The translations under genes were made by a program, and so were the position numbers. This document shows, piece by piece, positions 48,536-58,840 of a stretch of DNA of 64,000 nucleotides; the stretch's first letter is position 1; every line of letters starts with the position of its first letter. The notes beneath the pieces were generated by a model. That model did no database searches and was not told the DNA's origin. It saw nothing but the letters and a program-made list of their open reading frames with translations. This DNA is from Mobula hypostoma (Eukaryota). The DNA lies in assembly GCF_963921235.1 (NCBI RefSeq), contig NC_086097.1:3596001-3660000 (forward strand), given 5' to 3'.

Positions 48536-49903
48536 TGTCATGGTCCAGATCGGGGTCCCTTTAAATTTACCTTGTTTATGTTACGATCTGGACCGTTGAT
48601 TCCCTGTTTTCCTGTGTCCCTCAGCTTTGGTGATTAGAGGCAATTAACGCTCGGCTGAACCGGTAGTTTATAGTTAACAACAGGAATTCTGCAGATGCTG
48701 GAAATTCAAGCAACACACATCAAAGTTGCTGGTGAACGCAGCAGGCCAGGCAGCATCTGTAGGAAGAGGTGCAGTCGACGTTTCAGGCCGAGACCCTTCG
48801 TCAGGACGGTAGTTTATAGTCTCCTGCTTTCAGCCGTTTGGCGCGAGAGCATCTGCAAAGTCATCTAAGGCACGGTGTGCCGATGTCATCTGGCCAGAGC
48901 AAGCCTAGTCTCTGCCGAAGCGAGTGCCGGTAATTCGCCTCTCCTCACCGGAGCAACCCTGTCCAGTTACCTCGCCAAAGCGAGCCTGCAAAGTTTCCTC
49001 ACCGAGGTGGGTCCGTCAGTTAACCCACCGGAGGGAATCAAGAACCGCTGTGTACTGTTCCCGGGCTGAGTCGAGAGCTCGCCACTACCCAGAGGCTCCA
49101 AGTCAAGTCCTGGCTCCGGGGGCATTCAAGTTTCAAGTCAAGTCCTGTCCCTGGCCGCATTCAAGCACCAAGTCAAATCCTGGCCCTGGCAGTCTGTGAT
49201 TCCTGTCCTACCCCCCCCACCCCGTCTGAATCCCTTCTCTGCCCCTCTCGCCTCTAGCCCTCGTCTGCAGCCCTCACCTGCACTTCAGTCTAGTTCTATC
49301 GCCGGAGCTGGATAGGTACTGTCTGGTGTGCTTTCGTATTGATCTCATCCTGTCCTCGCCTCCGTGGGGTAAGTCAGGCCCTCTTGCCGTTGCCCCGCGG
49401 GGATTCATGTCTTGTCCTCGCCTCCGTAGGGTAAGTCAGGCCGTCTTGTCATTGCCCCGCAGGTGGTCATGAGTCCCGGCCCTATGTCCTGTACCCAAGG
49501 AGAGGTCCCGGCTCTCTGTTCTGTGTATGTGTCTATGGTTCCATGTACCTGATCTCCCAAGACTGAGGCTCTGTTTTCCATGTTCCTCCTCTCCCTAGCC
49601 CATGCCTGGTTCTGGGGTCCAAGCCCGAGGCAAGACCCAGGTGCTGGGTCCTTGCCCAGTCTTGGGCTCGGAGTCCATACCCTAGCCTCTTCATGTCTCC
49701 TCTAGTTCTGGGAGCCGATTCTGAGTCCAAGCCCAGACTCTTGGTCCCAGCCTAGTCGTAGTCCTGAGTCCTTATCCTGTTCGCTACTCCTGCTTCTGCC
49801 TTGCTCTCCTGGTGTCGAACAATAAACTAAATCTAAGTAACCTCACAAGATGTGTCTTGCATTTGGGTCCACCCTTGCTCCCAATGCCCCCGCCATTGTG
49901 ACA
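48536..49903 (+). mobile_element. Solo LTR
   Basis: Termini TGTCA...TGACA with a 5-bp TSD CATTT (48531-48535 and 49904-49908). Removing it restores the CR1 reading MYGHLENH. AATAAA at 49821 suggests plus orientation. Confidence 0.9.
48675..48806 (-). mobile_element. Short Penelope-like 3' module inside the LTR
   Basis: 14-bp TSD CGGTAGTTTATAGT (48661-48674 and 48807-48820); intact CUGACGA...GAAAC-GUC motif on the minus strand. Confidence 0.9.
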
Positions 49904-50833
49904 CATTTAGAGAATCATGGTCTGATCAGGGCCAGTCACCATGGCTTTGTGAAGGGCAGATCGTGTCTAACAAGCCTGATAGAGTTCTTTGAGGAGGTGA
50001 CCAGGCATATAGATGAGGGTAGTGCAGTGGATGTGATCTACATGGATTTTGTGATCTACATGGGACTGCTATGTATTGAAGAAGGAAACAGTCCAGAACA
50101 TATTTGATAAAATCTTTCCCATCCCATCTGTTCACAGTATGGAATTCCTAGTCCATTTGTGGAAAGTTAAAATCACCGATGTTTCGTCACTATAGGAAGG
50201 ATGTGGAAGCATTGGAAAGGGTACAGAGGAGATTTACCAGGATGCTGCCTGGTTTAGAGAGTATGCATTATGATCAGAGATTAAGGGAGCTAGGGCTTTA
50301 CTCTTTGGAGAGAAGGAGGGTGAGAGGAGACATGATAGAGGTGTACAAGATAATAAGAGGAATAGATAGAGTGGACAGCCAGTGCCTCTTCCCCAGGGCA
50401 CCACTGCTCAATACAAGAGGACATGGCTTTAAGGTAAGGGGTGGGAAGTTCAAGGGGGATATTAGAGGAAGGTTTTTCACTCAGAGAGTGGTTGGTGCGT
50501 GGAATGCACTGCCTGAGTCAGTGGTGGAGGCAGATACACTAGTGAAGTTTAAGGGACTACTAGACAGGTATATGGAGGAATTTAAAGTGGGAGATTATAT
50601 GGGAGGCAGGGTTTGAGGGTCAGCACAACATTGTGGGCCGAGGGGCCTGTACTGTGCTGTACTATTCTATGTTCTATGTTGTATGGGTGGGATCTGGGAT
50701 CAGCCATGATGGAATGGTGGAGCAGACTCGATGGGCTGAATGGCCTAATTCTGCTTCTATGTCTTATGGGTCTAAATAAATTGTTCCTCCTTGTCTATCC
50801 TGTAATATTATATTCAGATCGTCCTGTCTCAGC

Positions 50834-51962
50834 ATCAGAATCAGAATCAGGTTTATTATCATCGGCAATGGTCATGAAATTTGTTAACTTAGCAGCAACA
50901 GTTCAATGCGATACATAATGTAGAAGAAGAAATAAATAAATTGCAGTATATGCATCCTGAATAGATTAAAAATTGTGCAAAAACAGAAATAATATATATT
51001 AAAAAATGAAGTAGTGTTCATGGTTTCAATGTCCATTTAGGAATCGGATGGCAGAGGGGAAGAAGCTGTTCCTGAATCACTGAGTGTGTGCCTTCAGGCT
51101 TCTGTACCTCCTACCTGATGGTAACAGTGAGAAAAGGGCATACCCTGGGTGCTGGAGGTCCTTAATGATGGACGCTGCCTTTCTGAGACACCGCTCCCTA
51201 AAGATGTCCTGGGCACTTTCTGGCTCGTACCCAAATTTACGACCCTCTGCAGCTTCTTTTGGTCCTGTGCAGTCGCCCCTCCATACCAGACAGTGATGCA
51301 GCCTGTCAGAATGCTCCCCACGGTACAGCTATAGAATTTTTTGAGTGCATTTGTTGACATACTAAATCTCTTCAAACCTCTCTTGAAGTATCATTGCTGT
51401 CTTACCTTCTTTATAACTACATCGATATGTTGGGACCAGGTTAGATCCTCGGAGATCTTGACACCTTGGAACTTGAAAAAGCTCACTCTCTCCACTTCTG
51501 ATCCCTCTACAAGAGTTGGTATGTGTTCCTTCATCTTACCCTTCCTGAAGTCCACAATCAGCTCTTTTGTTGTACTGACATTAAATGCAAGATTGTTGCT
51601 GTGACACCATTCCACTAGTTGATATATTTCACTCCTGTACGACCACTCACCTGAGATTCTACCAACAATGGTTGTATCATCAACAAATTTATAGATGGTA
51701 TTTGAGCTATGCCTAGCCACACGGTCATGTGTATATAGAGAGCAGAGCAGTGGGCTAAGCACACACCCCTGAGGTGCACCAGTGTTGTTTGTCAGTGAGG
51801 AGAAGATGTTATCACCAATCCACACAGACTGTGATCTTCCAGTTAGGAAGTCGAGGATCCAATTGCAGAGGGAGGTACAGAGGTCCAGGTTCTGCAACTT
51901 CTCAATCACGATTGTGGGAACGATGATGTTAAATGCTGAGCTCTAGTTAACGAACAGCATCC
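50834..51962 (-). mobile_element. Rex1/Babar-type LINE RT and 3' end
   Basis: [34 protein letters not shown] and [10 protein letters not shown], with a (GATTCT)n tail. Confidence 0.9.
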
Positions 51963-51974
51963 TGACATAGGATC

Positions 51975-52611
51975 TGTAAAAATGGATCTGTCGTATTATA
52001 ATTTCTGGGACTGAAGCAGGCTTATATTTATAGTAAGGTATGGTGTCTTTTATGAATTTGCAAATTAAAACCAGACTTTGGTGAATAGTGTTTGCCGCTT
52101 GATTGTGCTTGTGTAAGTAATCAGTTTGAGTTAAACTGCCGCATGATACTATAATGTGTTGAACTTTTTCTGGTTTCACTTGGCAATTTCTGCACTTAAC
52201 ATCTTGAATTTGTTGGTGTTTTATTAAGTACTTTTGATAATTTTTGTGTTAATCACCTGGTCCTATATTGCCCTCAGTTTCTGGGAAGAGGTCTAAACTC
52301 TGAGCCGGGCATTTGATGCTTCCTTGTTGATCATGGGGATGTCTTCCATGCGGAGTCATACTCTTCCATTGGTTAACATTTTCTTCTATAGTGATAATTG
52401 CTTCATTTTTCTGGGTTACTTTCATTTCATTTTGGCAGAGTGTACTTCCTATCAGAATTGCATTGTGCTTATGTTGAGTGGTGAATCTCGTTTTCATTGA
52501 TAAAAATACATCTTTAGAAGTTTTATCCAACTGTTGTGTAAATTCTTTATGTCTGTTATTCCTCTTCCTCCTTCTGTTGTAGGAAGTGTTAATCTAAGTG
52601 TGTTGAAGTGT
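51975..52611 (-). mobile_element. R4/Dong-clade (RLE-type) non-LTR retrotransposon remnant
   Basis: RLTLPTTEGGRGITDI, QWKSMTPHGR, LFPETEG, KNYQKYL and CRNCQVKPEKVQHIIVSC (CCHC) followed by YLHKHNQAA (RHN motif); flanked by (TAT)n at 52612-52625. Confidence 0.75.
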
Positions 52612-52966
52612 ATTATTATTATTATAATTAGGTATGCACAGTGAAGGAAACAACAGATTGGCCAGACCAGATAGGACAGAATCAGAACAAAGAAAACTTT
52701 GAAATTAAAAATGTTACCAAAATTGGAAATGAATGACTAATGGAAAGAGTGATTGTTATGCTTAAGACTGAATATTGACAGTTTTTCCCTTCACTAAGCA
52801 TTTGTACTGTCACGAAAATTGCAGTTTGAATAGTTTGAGGGAACTTCCAAGACCCAGATTGATCCTTGTCTCCTAAAAGCAGGTTACAAATAATCAAAGC
52901 TCTATGATGGTTCAACCAGAATAAAACTATTTTTAAATAAATTAGAAAAACGTAATTGATGTATAA

Positions 52967-53225
52967 CATGAGGAAATCTGCAGATGCTGAAAATTCAAGC
53001 AACACACATAAAAAATACTGGCGAATGCAGCAGGCCAGGCAGCATCTATAGGAAGAGGTACAGCATTTTTCATTATTGATGTATAAAGTCATATTGTAAT
53101 GGGAGTTGAATGCAAAAATAATATTCTAGAGTAACACACACACAATGCTGGAGGAACTCAGCAGATCAGACAGCATTTACGGAAAGGAATAAACAGTCGA
53201 CATTTCAGGCCAAGACTCTTCAATA
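52967..53225 (-). mobile_element. Two short Penelope-like 3' modules (52967-53074 and about 53128-53222)
   Basis: The first is flanked by the 12-bp TSD ATTGATGTATAA (52955-52966 and 53075-53086). Both match the PLE tail consensus seen in this window. Confidence 0.8.
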
Positions 53226-55009
53226 TAGAGAATACATATTCTATATTTCGTGAGATATCCTTAAGGTTGTTATAGCCGGGGGTGGTAATGGGGTGAAGCT
53301 CACACTACCTAGTAAATGCTCCCAATGGTGTGCATCTCAACTAGCCTCCGACAACCAGGTCCAGCTCCGGGTCCTCTCTCTCTCTCTGGAGCAGCTCAAA
53401 CAGTGTCCAAAAGTCAGTCTCATTCTCCCAGCGTTTTAAAGTGACAGTTCACAGAAAATATTAACCCTAGGGGTACATAACAAGCTCAAAATGGTCCCAG
53501 TTCTCGTTCGAAGGGTATGATCACAAAATGGTTGTAACTGGGCTAGTAATTCAGAGGGATATCGGTATCCTTTTGAATGGAGCTAAGATACAGCTCAAAG
53601 CAGCTGGAGACTTTAAAGCTCATTTATGAGATAAATCTAGAAATGATAAATAGGCTAGAATCCATAAGGCTAAACTGACCATGAAACTACTGGATCACTA
53701 GGGACTTCAGGAAGTGAATCGGGATTTGTGTCGGACCAATAGGGCTTCCCAGCACTGTAACGGTACTATCTATCTATCTACCCATTTGTTTATTTGTTTA
53801 TTGTTTAATTATTTGCATGATTTGACTCCTTTTGCACACTGATTGTTTGTCAGTAGCTTTTCATTGTTTCTATTGTATTTCTTTGCTCTACTGTGAATGC
53901 CTGCAAAAATGAATCTCCAGATTGTACATGGTGACATATATGTACTGTGGTAATAAATTCACTTTGAACTCTTCTGTGAAATTACTTAGCAAGCCACGTG
54001 ATCCAAGGGTAATTAGGCGGGTGGGCAGTAAGTACTGGCAGAGGTGGCATCCATGAGAAGGAAAATGTGCAGAGTTGGCAGCTAACAGCTGGTTCATTGT
54101 CATTGGGATTGGCTTCAACATCCCTGTCTTGGAGAGTGAAGTGTCTGCAGTCCTGTGATGTCTGTCGCAATCACTCATGTGAGGATGTCAACGTAAACCG
54201 CATGAAGCTCGGTCTGAAGCCTTCAGTGACACAGCAGTTTGGCGCACTCATTGCCTGAATTGGCTGATGAAAAATCACCAGCAGGGCAGCTGCCGACAGC
54301 TGTGTCTCTGATCGTGGCCTGTGCCAACCTTCACTCGAGTGAAGTAAATTGCAGAATGGGAACAGAAATGCAAGAAATGCTTTGCATTTCCAAAATTTCT
54401 GCTTTATGTAAGGACACTCACCCACCCACACAGTATTTAATTGTGCATTTGAATCAGAACGGAACTTAATGTGAACAACTTCACACTGACGGGCAATTAA
54501 ACATGTTCTCCACCAGCCATCAAGATGCTTGTAGAGGTGGGGGAGGGGTGATTTTGTAAATATTGCTGGAGGGAATCTCATTGTCATAAAACCAAATGTG
54601 TTCATTAATACTCCACAAGATTGAAGAATCTTTAAAGTCATTTCCAGTACACAAGTGTAAAGGAGAACAAAATAATTGTTGTTCTGGATTAAATACAGCA
54701 CAAAAACACAATAAGATAGAAAACACAATAAATATAAATACAAAAGATAGCTTTATACACAGATTGTTTGTCTATAAAGTGACACTAGGCACAGGAGTGT
54801 CTGAACATAAGGTGACTGACAGGAAATGATAAAGTGGTGGAGGGGTGGGTTAAGTGGGTGGAGGTGTTGATCAGCCTTACTACTTGGGGAAAGTAACTGT
54901 TTTTGAGTTTGGTTGTCCTGGATCTAGATGTAACATAGCCTCCTCCCTGATGGGAGTGGGATGAACAGTCCATGAGCAGGGTGGGAGGGATTCTTGATGG
55001 TGTTAATGG

Positions 55010-56840
55010 AGCACCAGCGAGAGTGTCCGGGCCAGCATCACTCTCTGGTACAGGAATTGTAAAACATCTGACTGAGAGACCCTACAAAGGATTGTGAGGA
55101 CTGCTGAGGGGATCATCATCTGAGATATCTATCAGCAGCACGGCATACACGAAGACCTTAGCATTGTTGATGGTCCCTCCCATCCATCCAACGATCTCTT
55201 TGACACCCCACCATCAGGTGGGAGATATCGCAGCATTAGGACAAGCATTGTTAGGATGGGAAACAGCTTCTTCCCCCAGACTGTGAGACTACTGAACTCC
55301 CTGACACCAGCCAGGTCTCATCACGTACGAAGCACCAGTTGTGTTGTACTGTTTACTTTTTGACTTGTGCTGTAAATATACCTCATTATTTGTCAACTTA
55401 TTTGTGGTAATATTACTTGATGTGTTGTGTGTGAGCTATATGTTTTGTGTTGCACCCCTTGGCCCAGAGGACATTGTTTTGTTCGGTGGTATACATGTGT
55501 ATGGCTAAATGACAATAAACCTGAACTTGAACTTTCCGGCCCTCTTCTGGCACATCTCTGTTTTTATGTCCATATACTGTATATTTTGACAGGTATTCTG
55601 ACTGACTGCATCACCCTGGTATGGGGCGGGGGTGGGGGGGGGGGTTGGTGTCGCTACTTCACAGGATTGAGGTAAGTTGCAGAAAGTTGTAAAATTAGTC
55701 AGCTCCATCATGTTACTAGACCCTGTAGTATCCAAGACATCTTCAAGGAGCGGTAACTCAGGAAGGCAATGTCCATCATCAGGAACCTCCAGCACCCAGG
55801 GCATGCCCCTTTCCCAATTTTACCCATCAGGAAGGAGGTACAGAAGCCTGAAGGCAGACACTCAGTGATTCAGGAACAGCTTCTTCCCCTCTGCTACCTC
55901 ATTTCTAAACGGACATTGACCCATGAACACTACCTCAATACTTTGTTTAATTTCTGTTTTTGCACTACTTATTTTAAACTATTTGATATAAATATATATT
56001 CCCACCATAGTTCAGTTTCTTCTCTATATTTGTTGATCATGGATTTCATTGTACTGTTGCTCTGGGCCTGTACTCACTGAAATTCGGAAGAACGAGGGGT
56101 GACTTCATTGAAACCTATCGAATGGTGAAGGGCCTCGATAGAGTGGCTGTGGAGGGAATGTTTCCTCTGGTAGGGGAGTCTAAGACCAGAGGACACAGCC
56201 TTAGAGTAGAGAGGTGTCCTTTTAGAATGGAGATGAGGAGGAATTTCTTTAGCCTGAGAGTGGTGAATCTGAGGAATTCTTTGCCACAGGCAAACTGTGG
56301 AGGCCAAGTCTGTATGTATATTTAAGGCAGCGGGCATAGGTTGATAGATTCTTGATTGGTCAGGGCATGAAGGGATACAGGGAGAAGGCAGGAGCTTGGG
56401 GTTGAGAGGAAAATTGGATCAGCCCTGATGAAATGGTGGAGCAGACTCAATGGGCCAAATGGCTTAATTCTGCTCCTATGTCTTATGGTCTTATAAAGTT
56501 AGCGGATTTCACGACATATACCAGTGATATTAAACCTAATTCTGGCTCTGATGCCCTTAATGGTGAGTAGGTTGGTTCTGCTGATGCAGTCAGCCTTTAG
56601 TTAACCTTCAGGGAATCCTGCACAAGAACTCCCCAGACCCTTTGCACCTCTGATTTTTGAATCTTCTTCCAATTCAGAAAATAGTCTACATCTTTATTCC
56701 TTCTCCCAAAGTGCATGACTATACAGTTCCCAAAATTATCTTTCATCTGCCACTTCTTTACTCATTCTCCCAATCTGCCAAAGTCCTTCTGCCGACTCCC
56801 TCTTCCTCAACACTACTTGCCCCTCCACCTATCTTTGTAT
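55010..56840. mobile_element. Cluster of Rex1-like 3' ends (55010-55532 and 55585-56550) with nested or adjacent CR1 fragments (56060-56493 +, 56590-56838 -)
   Basis: LQRIVRTAE, HPGHAPF..PSGRRYRSL and KTRGHSLRVE motifs with their characteristic tails. Confidence 0.75.
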
Positions 56841-57643
56841 ACGTGACTCTGACTGCAGGCCTGCACAAGCAATATTGTTAACTTTCGACTGCCCACTGAA
56901 GTGGCCTGGCAAGCTATTTGGGTCAAGTTCAATTTAGGGACGAACATGTAGGGCAGACAGCACCATTGCCACCCACATTGTGTGAACGAGTAGGTTTAAA
57001 TTTCAAACAATGCATAAGCTGGACGTATTGTTTGTGATTTTCCAGCGCATGCCTGCTGTAGGTTTACTTTACAGTCCTAGTTAGCCTGGCCATATCCTTA
57101 CTGTATAAAAAGAGTGCAGTTGGACTGCTCTTGTAGAAGAAAAATATCCTGCAGTGTTTTCCGACCTGGCAATTTCAGTTCCATCTGCTGAGAATGATCA
57201 AAGTCAGTGGGTGAATCTGTGCCGTTTGATATTAATATGAGAGTGTCCACTGAGGCTTGTCACTGCCTCATCTCATTTTCTTCTTCATAATTCACTGGGA
57301 ATTGACGTGATTCATCTCTGCCAGGAAGAGAGGCGAGCATATCAGTAACACATACAATTCATAGCAAGAGACACAAGAACAAAATGAAACACTAATTGAT
57401 GACTGCAGGCTACACTGCTTTGCCATTACGACATGATGCATAATCAACAATGCATTTCCCCTCCCCTTTCCTTTCAGCATTCCTCTCCTTAAAGCTCTGA
57501 TTCACTCCTCCACTCCCACTGATACTCACTGCCTCCTTCTCACAGCATTTTCCCATTTAATCATCTTCAATTACACTGCATAATTGTTATTCTTTGCAGT
57601 TTAATTATTTATACCTGCTTGCACTTTATATAACTACTGTACT

Positions 57644-58814
57644 TTCTGGGGTCCGAGCCCGAGGCAAGACCCAGGTACTGGGTCCTTGCCCAGTGTCGGG
57701 CTCGGAGTCCATACCCTAGCCTCTTCATGTCTCCTCTGGTTCTGGGAGCTGATTCCGAGTCCAAGCCCAGACCCTTGGTCCTAGCCTAGTCGTAGTCCTG
57801 AGGCCTTGCCCAGTTCGCTATTTCCTGCTCCTGCCTTGCTCTCCTGGTATCGAACAATAAACTAAATCTAAGTAATCTCACAAGATGTGTCTTGCATTTG
57901 GGTCCACCCTTGCTCCCAATGCCCCCCCATTTGACACATTTAGAGAATCATGGTCTCATCAGGGACAGTCAGCATGGCTTTGTGAAGGGCAGATCGTGTC
58001 TAACAAGCCTGATAGAGTTCTTTGAGGAGGTGACCAGGCATATAGATGAGGGTAGTGCAGTGGATGTGATCTACATGGATTTTGTGATCTACATGGGACT
58101 GCTATGTATTGAAGAAGGAAACAGTCCAGAACATATTTGATAAAATCTTTCCCATCCCGTCTGTTTACAGTATGGAATTCCTAGTCCATTTGTGGAAAGT
58201 TAAAATCACCGATGTTTCGTCACTATAGGAAGGATGTGGAAGCATTGGAAAGGGTACAGAGGAGATTTACCAGGATGCTGCCTGGTTTAGAAAGTATGCA
58301 TTATGATCAGAGATTAAGGGAGCTGGGGCTTTACTCTTTGGAGAGAAGGAGGATGAGAGGAGACATGATAGAGGTGTACAAGATAATAAGAGGAATAGAT
58401 AGAGTGGACAGCCAGCGTCTCTTCCCCAGGGCACCACTGCTCAATACAAGAGGACATGGCTTTAAGGTAAGGGGTGGGAAGTTCAAGGGGGATATTAGAG
58501 GAAGGTTTTTTACTCGGAGAGTGGTTGGTGCGTGGAATGCACTGTCTGAGTCAGTGGTGGAGGCAGATACAATAGTGAAATTTAAGGGACTACTAGACAG
58601 GTATATGGAGGAATTTAAAGTGGGGAGATGATATGAGAGTCAGGGTTTAAGGGTTGGCATAACTTTGTGGGCCGAAGGGCCTGTACTGTGTTGTACTATT
58701 CCATGTTCTGTGTTCTATGGGTGGGATCAGGGATCAGCCATGATGGAATGGTGGAGCAGACTCTATGGGCTGAATGGCTTAATTCTGCTTCTATGTCTTA
58801 TGGTCTAAATAAAT
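57644..58814 (+). repeat. Local ~1.17 kb direct duplication of 49610-50781 (LTR 3' end, rearranged CR1 and host CR1 tail)
   Basis: Colinear and near-identical across three element junctions and a unique filler sequence. Confidence 0.95.
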
Positions 58815-58840
58815 AAAGTGTATGCATGTAACTGGTACAT

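Larger units (their letters stand above)
47528..50678 (+). mobile_element. Younger CR1 nested in the 3' UTR of another CR1; interrupted by a solo LTR and internally deleted
   Basis: 344-aa ORF SDHHSL...NYRPVSL...RMYGH continues as LENHGLIR...DVIYMDF after the LTR, then jumps to HYRKDVEALERVQ; (TTCTATG)n tail. Confidence 0.92.
44960..50772 (+). mobile_element. CR1 LINE (ORF1 esterase remnant fused by deletion to decayed ORF2, 44960-47527); its 3' tail resumes at 50681-50772
   Basis: AVLGDSIVRG (SGNH), IVIGDFN, GPDGLHPRVL, SGVPQGSVLGP and KFVDDTK. The UTR breaks at ggttgag (47527) and continues with gggatcagccatgat...tcttatgg. Confidence 0.88.
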
